Part shown: positions 1 through 6,173 of the stretch, piece after piece
Numbering within the stretch: position 1 is the stretch's first letter
Layout: every line of letters starts with the position of its first letter
Virus record (IMG/VR): IMGVR_UViG_3300020433_000671
Coordinates: 1 to 64,000 of that record
DNA: 64,000 nt
Reading direction: 5' to 3' (one strand)
DNA from: a virus
Position numbers and translations under genes: made by a program
Notes under the pieces: generated by a model
The model's input: only the letters and a program-made list of their open reading frames with translations
Database searches by the model: none
What the model was told of the DNA's origin: nothing

Positions 1-776
1 AATCTACCGAAGTAACCGTGTGCTGCCACGATGTTGTATGTTTCTTCTTCTTGTCCGAACTTGTAACCATAGTTCTGTGACTCTAAACCAGTTGTTTCTC
101 TGATTAGAGAAGATGTTACAAGTGAACCGTGCATTGCTGCAAATAGTGCTCCACCGAACATACCTGCTACACCTGCCATATGGAATGGGTGCATTAGGAT
201 ATTATGTTCTGCTTGGAATACGAACATGAAGTTGAATGTACCAGAGATACCTAGAGGCATACCATCAGAGAATGAACCCTGACCAAATGGGTATACTAAG
301 AATACAGCAAATGCTGCTGAAACTGGTGCAGAGTATGCAACACAGATCCAAGGACGCATACCTAGTCTATATGATAGTTCCCACTGTCTTCCCATGTATG
401 CTGAGATACCGATTAAGAAGTGGAAGATTATCAACTGGTAAGGACCACCGTTGTATAACCACTCGTCTACTGTTGCTGCTTCCCAAATTGGGTAGAAGTG
501 TAGACCAATTGCGTTTGATGATGGTACAACTGCACCAGAGATGATGTTGTTACCATATAAGAATGAACCTGCAACTGGTTCTCTGATTCCGTCGATGTCG
601 ACTGGAGGTGCTGCTACGAAAGCAACGATGAAACATGCTGCTGCTGCGAGTAAGCATGGAATCATGAGCACTCCGAACCAACCAACATAAATTCTGTTGT
701 TTGTTGAAGTTACCCATTCGCAGAACTGAGGCCATCCCTGTAGGAGACCTTGTTCCCTTTTTGCTATAGTTGTCAT
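1..776 (-). CDS. psbA: Photosystem II D1 protein (3' end outside window)
   Basis: Manual translation from ATG at 776: [40 protein letters not shown]...[12 protein letters not shown]...HFYPIWEA...NGGPYQL...[10 protein letters not shown]...[33 protein letters not shown]. Absent from the ORF track because there is no stop in the window. Confidence 0.99.
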   Translation of the reverse strand, partial: MTTIAKREQGLLQGWPQFCEWVTSTNNRIYVGWFGVLMIPCLLAAAACFIVAFVAAPPVDIDGIREPVAGSFLYGNNIISGAVVPSSNAIGLHFYPIWEAATVDEWLYNGGPYQLIIFHFLIGISAYMGRQWELSYRLGMRPWICVAYSAPVSAAFAVFLVYPFGQGSFSDGMPLGISGTFNFMFVFQAEHNILMHPFHMAGVAGMFGGALFAAMHGSLVTSSLIRETTGLESQNYGYKFGQEEETYNIVAAHGYFGR

Positions 777-789
777 GAGGACGTTAAAA

Positions 790-890
790 AATAAGTAGGG
801 CACAAAGGGTAGTGCGATACTATATTCCGATCAATCCCTTCACTGATCGGTATGAGAGACTTGCTTTACTTCCCCACAGGTCTCGGTTAA
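790..890 (-). ncRNA. PhotoRC-II-like structured 5' leader of psbA
   Basis: Stems GAGAC/GUCUC (856-884), CCGAUCA/UGAUCGG (827-850, loop GUGAAGGGAU) and GCAC/GUGC (800-815, loop containing ACCCUU, complementary to AAGGG). Location upstream of a phage psbA fits the PhotoRC-II motif. Confidence 0.75.
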
Positions 891-925
891 AGGGAAGAGA
901 AATGTCTGTTTTTCAAGACACATAT

Positions 926-954
926 ATTATATATGAAGTTTTGTATCTTGTCAA
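926..954 (-). promoter_or_regulatory. Consensus sigma70 promoter for psbA
   Basis: TTGACA-N17-TATAAT on the minus strand. Confidence 0.85.
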
Positions 955-956
955 GT

Positions 957-1532
957 TTATTTTGTCATCCAATCAAGTACCTCTGATGGAAGTTTACCAA
1001 CTCTAGGATCACTGTCCTTTACTGTATGGGGATCCATTTCACCCTTGGGGAGATATGTAAGTTCACGAAGTGACCTAACATTGGGATTGCTTGTAACATT
1101 AGTGGGCAATCGTCCAAGAGCGACATTATCATAGTTGAGTTGATGTCTGTCAAATGTAGAAAGTTCATACTCCTCCGTCATTGATAGACAATTTGTAGGG
1201 CAATATTCTACACAATTTCCACAGAATATGCAAGCACCAAAATCTATCGAATAATTTCTTAATTCTTTTTTCTTCGTCTGTTTATTCATTACCCAGTCAA
1301 CGACTGGTAAATTTATAGGACAGACTCTAACACATACCTCGCATGCGATACACTTATCAAACTCATAGTGTATGCGACCACGATATCTTTCTGAGGGTAT
1401 GAGTTTCTCATATGGATACTGAACCGTGACAGGTCTTCTACCCATATGGGATAGTGTTACAGAGAAACCCTGCAACAGATATTTAGCAGCGTCTTTAACT
1501 TCCTTTATGTAATTAAAGATGCCTTTTATCAT
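957..1532 (-). CDS. ndhI: NAD(P)H-quinone oxidoreductase (NDH-1) subunit I
   Basis: VTVQYPYEK...RYRGRIH; two 4Fe-4S motifs [12 protein letters not shown] and [12 protein letters not shown]. Confidence 0.97.
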   Translation of the reverse strand: MIKGIFNYIKEVKDAAKYLLQGFSVTLSHMGRRPVTVQYPYEKLIPSERYRGRIHYEFDKCIACEVCVRVCPINLPVVDWVMNKQTKKKELRNYSIDFGACIFCGNCVEYCPTNCLSMTEEYELSTFDRHQLNYDNVALGRLPTNVTSNPNVRSLRELTYLPKGEMDPHTVKDSDPRVGKLPSEVLDWMTK

Positions 1533-1693
1533 GCTTTTTTACGCTTAGATTTAGATAATGTAACAACCCACGTTGCCAATCCTAGTATTACTAGAGTAGT
1601 GATTGCTGATATAGTGGGGAAAGGATAGTCTACACCAGGTGCCTCCCATGTTCCAGGAAGTAAGTAGACTGAAGGTTTGGATAAAAAGATCAT
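1529..1693 (-). CDS. 54-aa single-TM protein between ndhP and ndhI
   Basis: [17 protein letters not shown]...[28 protein letters not shown]; ATGA overlaps with both neighbours. Confidence 0.8.
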   Translation of the reverse strand: MIFLSKPSVYLLPGTWEAPGVDYPFPTISAITTLVILGLATWVVTLSKSKRKKA

Positions 1694-1821
1694 CGTTTTA
1701 CGTCGTGAGCACAACCGTCACCTGAATATTTATCTGTGTCATAGTATCCACCCTTTGTTCCGAAGAAAAGTGTTAGACCTACGAATGGTAGTGCAGTAAG
1801 TATTAGGACGGTTTCAAACAT
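1690..1821 (-). CDS. ndhP: NDH-1 small subunit NdhP
   Basis: Manual translation [43 protein letters not shown]; TM helix plus the FFGTxxG(F/Y)YDTDxYxGxGxAH signature of NdhP. Confidence 0.9.
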   Translation of the reverse strand: MFETVLILTALPFVGLTLFFGTKGGYYDTDKYSGDGCAHDVKR

Positions 1822-1830
1822 TGCTCTCTT

Positions 1831-1859
1831 ATTATACCAATAGAAAAGGGAACCGTCAA
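1831..1859 (-). promoter_or_regulatory. sigma70 promoter for the ndhP operon
   Basis: TTGACG-N17-TATAAT; the -10 box is only 9 nt from the ndhP ATG. Confidence 0.75.
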
Positions 1860-1868
1860 GGTTCCCTG
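1844..1868 (-). terminator. Rho-independent terminator with a -35 box in its loop
   Basis: AGGGAACC-TTGAC-GGTTCCCT followed by TTT. Confidence 0.75.
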
Positions 1869-1891
1869 ATCCATCTCGAACTCAAATATAT

Positions 1892-2029
1892 TTAGTCTCT
1901 TTTTAATTTAATAATGATTTGGTCATTCTCAAAGTCTGCTTTAAATTCTAAAGGTTTCTCTGGATCCCAACAGAGTTCCTCATATAAGGCATTGAGAGTT
2001 TCCATATCTTGATAGAGATCTGTTAGCAT
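1892..2029 (-). CDS. 45-aa acidic hypothetical protein
   Basis: Manual translation MLTDLYQDMETLNALYEELCWDPEKPLEFKADFENDQIIIKLKRD. Confidence 0.7.
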   Translation of the reverse strand: MLTDLYQDMETLNALYEELCWDPEKPLEFKADFENDQIIIKLKRD

Positions 2030-2096
2030 AAGATTTAATAAAAATACAAATTTATTTAGATTAGATTATAAAATCTAAATGGTATTTGTTGTAACA

Positions 2097-2198
2097 TTAA
2101 ATTAATCCTAGTGATCCACATGTGATCCCTACCGTTAGAAAGAATATGAATTCAAAAATAGGCATAAACCCTGCATTTTTAAGTAAAAATTGAGTCAT
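2097..2198 (-). CDS. 33-aa membrane peptide
   Basis: MTQFLLKNAGFMPIFEFIFFLTVGITCGSLGLI; GAGGAG SD upstream. Confidence 0.7.
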   Translation of the reverse strand: MTQFLLKNAGFMPIFEFIFFLTVGITCGSLGLI

Positions 2199-2247
2199 TT
2201 GTGCTTGTGCTCCTCAGCGTATATTTAAGAAAATGTGATTTGATAGA

Positions 2248-2427
2248 TCATGCTTGTGCTCCTTGATAAACTGGTGTCATTACTCCACCACCTTCATCAT
2301 CGTCATCATCGTCATTAAAACCACTTAAGACTAGTTCAATCAACACTAAAGCAGTCATCGGATAAAAAATCCAGAGGACTGCTGCTAATGGTGAAATTGT
2401 ATTTGAGTCGGCTATGAAGTCGCTCAT
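2248..2427 (-). CDS. 59-aa membrane protein with poly-Asp/GGG tail
   Basis: MSDFIADSNTISPLAAVLWIFYPMTALVLIELVLSGFNDDDDDDEGGGVMTPVYQGAQA. Confidence 0.75.
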   Translation of the reverse strand: MSDFIADSNTISPLAAVLWIFYPMTALVLIELVLSGFNDDDDDDEGGGVMTPVYQGAQA

Positions 2428-2473
2428 TCGTTTGTGTTGTTATGTTGACATTTATGAATAGGTATTTATGCTT

Positions 2474-2563
2474 TTAAACAATTACACCAGTTACTGTACT
2501 GATGCTTGCTGCTAACATAAAGATGTAAGGTACTACTTTAAATGGTACAGGTTGTCTTTTCAT
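2474..2563 (-). CDS. 29-aa membrane peptide at the end of the hli operon
   Basis: MKRQPVPFKVVPYIFMLAASISTVTGVIV; TAATG coupling with the upstream hli. Confidence 0.65.
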   Translation of the reverse strand: MKRQPVPFKVVPYIFMLAASISTVTGVIV

Positions 2564-2676
2564 TATACAATACCTGGTATAAGTTGACCTGTTGTTAAGT
2601 AGGTTCCACATAGGAGAATGAATCCCAACATTGCGGGACGACCTACTGCTCTCTCGAAGATGTCTTTGTTGTTCAT
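2563..2676 (-). CDS. hli: High-light-inducible protein, divergent
   Basis: MNNKDIFERAVGRPAMLGFILLCGTYLTTGQLIPGIV; TGQxIPG tail typical of marine multicopy Hlips. Confidence 0.85.
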   Translation of the reverse strand: MNNKDIFERAVGRPAMLGFILLCGTYLTTGQLIPGIV

Positions 2677-2834
2677 TATACAAAACCTGGAATGATTTGA
2701 CCTGTTGTAAAGTAAGCACCTAGTGCTGCGATGATGCCGAGCATGGCGAATCTACCATTAAGTTTCTCAGCAACGATTTTTTCTCTTTCAATGCCGTAGT
2801 TAGCATTTTCTACTTTTTTCTCTGCTTTTGCCAT
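2676..2834 (-). CDS. hli: High-light-inducible protein
   Basis: MAKAEKK...AEKLNGRFAMLG...TTGQIIPGFV; start at 2834 coupled to the upstream stop. Confidence 0.95.
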   Translation of the reverse strand: MAKAEKKVENANYGIEREKIVAEKLNGRFAMLGIIAALGAYFTTGQIIPGFV

Positions 2835-2941
2835 TAGAAAATACCTGGTATGATGTTTCCTGTTGTTGCGTAAGCACCGACTGCTGCTACGAAACCGAGC
2901 ATTGCTGCCCAACCATTGAATCTTTCTGCTTCTGGTGTCAT
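2834..2941 (-). CDS. hli: High-light-inducible protein
   Basis: MTPEAERFNGWAAMLGFVAAVGAYATTGNIIPGIF; AAGGAG SD. Confidence 0.95.
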   Translation of the reverse strand: MTPEAERFNGWAAMLGFVAAVGAYATTGNIIPGIF

Positions 2942-3033
2942 TGTTTTAAACTCCTTTCGTTAGATTTGTAATAGGGTTAGAAAGTGACTAGCATTTTATA
3001 CACATTTGCTAGTGGTGTAAGAGACCTTTTATC

Positions 3034-3147
3034 TCAGAATAAGCCAGGTATTACCCAACCTGTGAAACCGTAGTTAACTACGGCAGCGAAGAAACCCATC
3101 ATCGCAAGGCGACCATTGATTTGTTCTGCGTTCTTCCAGTAGTTCAT
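3034..3147 (-). CDS. hli: High-light-inducible protein
   Basis: MNYWKNAEQINGRLAMMGFFAAVVNYGFTGWVIPGLF. Confidence 0.95.
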   Translation of the reverse strand: MNYWKNAEQINGRLAMMGFFAAVVNYGFTGWVIPGLF

Positions 3148-3345
3148 TTAGAATACACCTGGAATAATTTGTCCTGTGGTAGCGTACGCACCAATGAGTG
3201 CAACGAAACCAATCATTGCCCAACGACCATTTACTTTCTCAGCATTCTGAGGATATCCATCGTAGTTGATAGACTCATCAATGTATGGACGTACGTCCGT
3301 TGGATACATGTTCTGGCGACCTCCGCCTTCAGTAATAACTGTCAT
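3148..3345 (-). CDS. hli: High-light-inducible protein
   Basis: TEGGGRQNMYP...AEKVNGRWAMIG...TTGQIIPGVF. Confidence 0.95.
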   Translation of the reverse strand: MTVITEGGGRQNMYPTDVRPYIDESINYDGYPQNAEKVNGRWAMIGFVALIGAYATTGQIIPGVF

Positions 3346-3371
3346 TGTGCTTTGTAAAGAACTGTAACAAT

Positions 3372-3400
3372 ATTATATATAAAAGATTAAGTTTTGTCAA
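3372..3400 (-). promoter_or_regulatory. Consensus sigma70 promoter for the hli cluster
   Basis: TTGACA-N17-TATAAT. Confidence 0.85.
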
Positions 3401-3455
3401 GAGGTGCGGTCTATTAAAATTCCTTATCAATGCCATAAGATATTGATAAGCAATG

Positions 3456-3482
3456 AAAAAGGGGGGATTACCTCCCCCCCTT
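3456..3482 (-). terminator. Rho-independent terminator
   Basis: G-run/C-run hairpin (GGGGGGA-GGTAA-TCCCCCC) followed by TTTTT. Confidence 0.75.
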
Positions 3483-3557
3483 AAAAAAATGTCTAAATCG
3501 CTATGTGCAACTAGCTTACTGTTAAAAACCATCTAGTTTATAGTCTATTGGCAAAGA

Positions 3558-3836
3558 CTAGTTGAATGTAACTGTATCAGTCTCAGTGTTCAAATTTAAG
3601 TTAATTGGTTGACCTGTTAGAAAATCTGTAGGATCAGAAAATGTAACAGTTTTGGTACACAAATTATCAGTATCGATATTAAAACTTATTGTATCCTGAT
3701 CAAGTTGTTTTGCAATTCCTTTGATGCCTTGATAATGTCTCCAGATCTCAGTCTGTATATTTGCATCAACATTATTCTCTAAAGCATCCTTGACACAATC
3801 TTCAAGTGCTTGTATTGCTGTTAGATAGGGGTTCAT
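3558..3836 (-). CDS. Hypothetical protein
   Basis: 92-aa ORF with its own promoter. Confidence 0.75.
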   Translation of the reverse strand: MNPYLTAIQALEDCVKDALENNVDANIQTEIWRHYQGIKGIAKQLDQDTISFNIDTDNLCTKTVTFSDPTDFLTGQPINLNLNTETDTVTFN

Positions 3837-3872
3837 GTAATTAATTTTGCTAGTTTAGTCAACTACTTTGTG

Positions 3873-3901
3873 ATTATATCAAACTATCTATAAAGCGTCA
3901 A
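3873..3901 (-). promoter_or_regulatory. sigma70 promoter
   Basis: TTGACG-N17-TATAAT. Confidence 0.7.
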
Positions 3902-3902
3902 C

Positions 3903-4397
3903 CTATGTACCAGTTTGAAAATAATCCTTTCGCATATACCTTCCAAGGATATTTGAATTGTAGAATGCAGGTGATCCATCATCATTTGCTTCAGTAAGTA
4001 CATTATTTAAAAATAATTGTCGTGTTTCTTCATAGTTTACTTTACCGAGAGTAGTATGTAAAGAGATTATTTCTCTCTTGAACGCTGCGTTTCCAAGTAA
4101 CTTTCTATCTGCCTTAAGTTCGTCAGAGCTTCCGTAGTACTTTTTCCAGTCACTCTCAGACGTAACCCTTCTCTTACCACCTCTAGGTTTACGACGCTGT
4201 GTGAAATATTTTCTGCCGATGTATTGCTTGCCAGTTTGTAGATTAGTAATCCTGTAGACGAAACCGAAGAAACCGTTAATGTCGTCAGAAGTAAAAGTTG
4301 CACCCTGATAGGTCCAGGGGTTCTCATAACTTCCCTCAGAAGTTTTCGTATCTTTTTCACTAGTCGCACTCTCCGTCTTCATCATTAACTTGGGCAT
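3903..4397 (-). CDS. GIY-YIG endonuclease (T4 endonuclease II/DenA-like); start uncertain
   Basis: GFVYRITNLQTGKQYIGRK...SDWKKYYGSS...FYNSNI. Confidence 0.85.
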   Translation of the reverse strand: MPKLMMKTESATSEKDTKTSEGSYENPWTYQGATFTSDDINGFFGFVYRITNLQTGKQYIGRKYFTQRRKPRGGKRRVTSESDWKKYYGSSDELKADRKLLGNAAFKREIISLHTTLGKVNYEETRQLFLNNVLTEANDDGSPAFYNSNILGRYMRKDYFQTGT

Positions 4398-4521
4398 AGG
4401 ATCTTATTCCATCGCCACTATCTATACGATAAGCAGAAGTATCTGAATAAACCTCTGCTTTTATCTCTGCGATTGCTCGTTCTAGATCTGCTATTAATGT
4501 TTTAAGATTTCTTTTTTGCAT
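4360..4521 (-). CDS. 53-aa hypothetical protein
   Basis: Manual translation MQKRNLKTLIADLERAIAEIKAEVYSDTSAY...DEDGECD. Confidence 0.65.
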   Translation of the reverse strand: MQKRNLKTLIADLERAIAEIKAEVYSDTSAYRIDSGDGIRSYAQVNDEDGECD

Positions 4522-4654
4522 TGTATTCCTTTTGGTTGAGATGAGATATAAGATCTTTATCGAGTTTCCATATCTCTTTTATAAGTTCGTAATTGTATGA
4601 TGAGTGAGTCATACCATCTTTATAGACCAACTCATAGTATTTCTTTTTGCTCAT
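4502..4654 (-). CDS. 50-aa hypothetical protein
   Basis: Manual translation MSKKKYYELVYKDGMTHSSYNYELIKEIWK...; fills the gap between neighbours. Confidence 0.55.
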   Translation of the reverse strand: MSKKKYYELVYKDGMTHSSYNYELIKEIWKLDKDLISHLNQKEYNAKKKS

Positions 4655-4793
4655 ACTTATTAAGTTTTTCTATGGTCTTATTGTATAACGAAATAGGAAT
4701 TCCCTTATGACTTAGTAAAATTAGTTTTGCCATGGTCATTTTTTCGCTGTAAAAAATAACGGGTTCGTTTTTTAATCCTATATCGCCACTCAT
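4632..4793 (-). CDS. Hypothetical protein
   Basis: MSGDIGLKNEPVIFYSEK... with AAGGAG SD. Confidence 0.65.
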   Translation of the reverse strand: MSGDIGLKNEPVIFYSEKMTMAKLILLSHKGIPISLYNKTIEKLNKYEQKEIL

Positions 4794-4815
4794 AGCAATC
4801 TCCTTTTTTCTTTCA

Positions 4816-4977
4816 TTACTCCCAATACTCATCTAAATGTTCTAATACATTGAGCAGTATCCTCTGTGCTGCTCCTCGTTGTTTGTCATCCCATTCAGGG
4901 TACCAACCATGATCTAACCCAGTTTTCATTTTCATGATATGAGCGACCATTGACACCTTGTTTAATCTACCGTTCAC
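4816..4977 (-). CDS. 53-aa hypothetical protein (GTG start)
   Basis: MNGRLNKVSMVAHIMKMKTGLDHGWYPEWDDKQRGAAQRILLNVLEHLDEYWE; immediately follows the talC stop. Confidence 0.65.
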   Translation of the reverse strand: MNGRLNKVSMVAHIMKMKTGLDHGWYPEWDDKQRGAAQRILLNVLEHLDEYWE

Positions 4978-5631
4978 CTAACCACCTACTAGTTTTTGCC
5001 AATCCTTATCAAACTTTTCTATCCCCTTGTCAGTGAGAACGTGTTTATAAAGTTGGTAAAAAATGGGAACCGAAATAGTACATATGTCAGCTCCCACTCT
5101 AAAGCAATCGGAGACCTGAACAGGTTCTCTAATAGAAGCGGCAAGAACTTCTGTCTTAACTTGGTGAGTAGCAAATACATCTGCGATCTCCTCAATAAGG
5201 TGTCTTCCATCCCAATGCTGATCATATACACGTCCAACAAAAGGAGAAACATAAGTTGCTCCTGCTTTTGCAGCAAGGATTGCTTGTGCTGTACTGAATA
5301 CTAGTGTTACATTGACATGAACATCACTCACGGATAATGACTTACATGTTTTTAGTCCTTCAACTGTGCAAGGAACTTTGATTGTAATGTTTGGTCCGAT
5401 CTCCAGATACTCTTCTGCCATAACAAGCATTTCTTCAGCAGTTTCCCCAACTACTTCAGCAGATACTGAAGCGTGAAAAGGAAATATCTCTGAGATCTTT
5501 TTAATTACTTGTTTAGGATTGTCTCCCGCTTTTAACATCAGAGTAGGATTCGTTGTTACTCCATCGATTAATCCTGTCTCAAATGCAGAAGCAATAAGAT
5601 CTGGGTCAGAACAGTCTAGAAAAATTTTCAT
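4978..5631 (-). CDS. talC: Transaldolase (TalC family)
   Basis: MKIFLD...GVTTNPTL...ITIKVP...VNVTLVFS...YVSPFVGR...LAASIR; AGGAG SD before ATG 5631. Confidence 0.95.
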   Translation of the reverse strand: MKIFLDCSDPDLIASAFETGLIDGVTTNPTLMLKAGDNPKQVIKKISEIFPFHASVSAEVVGETAEEMLVMAEEYLEIGPNITIKVPCTVEGLKTCKSLSVSDVHVNVTLVFSTAQAILAAKAGATYVSPFVGRVYDQHWDGRHLIEEIADVFATHQVKTEVLAASIREPVQVSDCFRVGADICTISVPIFYQLYKHVLTDKGIEKFDKDWQKLVGG

Positions 5632-5671
5632 GACTCTCCTGTAATTTAGGTTATAGTATATATTATCACAT

Positions 5672-5696
5672 AAAAAAGAGGGGCACAACCCCTCTT
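5672..5696 (-). terminator. Rho-independent terminator after the DUF4278 gene
   Basis: AAGAGGGG-TTGTG-CCCCTCTT followed by TTTT. Confidence 0.75.
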
Positions 5697-5721
5697 AGTA
5701 TATCAACACATTTAAATGTGA

Positions 5722-5862
5722 TTAACTTTTTGAAGCAAACTTTCGTTTTACCTTGATTCCACGATACATGAGATCATGGTTTCTTTTCTGTGCTTCGATC
5801 TGTACCATCTTGCGGTACTCGTCAGTGTCATAGGTGACACCACGATAAGTGACTTGTGCCAT
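5722..5862 (-). CDS. DUF4278-type small protein
   Basis: MAQVTYRGVTYD...LMYRGIKV; repeated YRG motif; downstream of a glutamine riboswitch; GGAG SD. Confidence 0.85.
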   Translation of the reverse strand: MAQVTYRGVTYDTDEYRKMVQIEAQKRNHDLMYRGIKVKRKFASKS

Positions 5863-5895
5863 TGTGTTACTCCAAAGTAGTAGGGATTGTAGCCC

Positions 5896-6092
5896 CGTTC
5901 CTTCAGTCAACTTTTGCGTCCCAGTTACATTCTAATCCAAGGTCTCCGACAAGATCTATTTGATAAAGATCAATAATTTCTTGTCTTTCATGTTCAGTTA
6001 GATCAGGATAACTTTTTGCTCTAGCAACAAGACCCTCAATATCTGCACATGTAATAGACGTGGCGATTAAAATTTCTAACATGAGATGAACG
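5896..6092 (-). ncRNA. Glutamine riboswitch (glnA-type) aptamer 2, split by an ORF in the P2 loop
   Basis: 5' half CGUUCAUCUCA at 6092-6082; 3' half UGGGACGCAAAAGUUGACUGAAGGAACG at 5923-5896. Confidence 0.75.
5903..6082 (-). CDS. 59-aa protein nested inside riboswitch aptamer 2
   Basis: Manual translation MLEILIATSITCADIEGLVARAKSYPDLTEHERQEIIDLYQIDLVGDLGLECNWDAKVD. Confidence 0.75.
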   Translation of the reverse strand: MLEILIATSITCADIEGLVARAKSYPDLTEHERQEIIDLYQIDLVGDLGLECNWDAKVD

Positions 6093-6096
6093 TATC

Positions 6097-6137
6097 CGTT
6101 CCGAGTCGGCTTACTTGCGTCCCTTTTGGGATGAACG
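6097..6137 (-). ncRNA. Glutamine riboswitch (glnA-type) aptamer 1
   Basis: CGUUCA-UCCC-AAAA-GGGA-CGCAAGUAAGCCGACUCGGAACG; P1 CGUUC/GAACG. Confidence 0.85.
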
Positions 6138-6144
6138 TATTGTC

Positions 6145-6173
6145 ATGATAACATGACATAATTATTTAGTCAA
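6145..6173 (-). promoter_or_regulatory. sigma70 promoter overlapping a late-type TAAATA box
   Basis: TTGACT-N17-TATCAT; predicted +1 lies just before aptamer 1; CTAAATA overlaps the -35/spacer junction. Confidence 0.65.

Noticed and set aside
236-735. ORF-track ORFs 236-544 (+) and 550-735 (-)
   Set aside because: Shadow frames of psbA, which occupies 1-776 on the minus strand.
2563-3345. Repeated ~30-nt sequences resembling an array
   Set aside because: These are the paralogous TGQIIPG coding ends of the hli genes, not CRISPR repeats.
3903-4397. Mobile homing endonuclease
   Set aside because: Short, catalytic GIY-YIG domain only, with no DNA-binding extension; better fits endonuclease II-like host-DNA degradation.
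5863-5910. Extended start of the DUF4278 ORF given in the track
   Set aside because: The TTG lies inside the riboswitch core; the ATG at 5862 has a proper SD.
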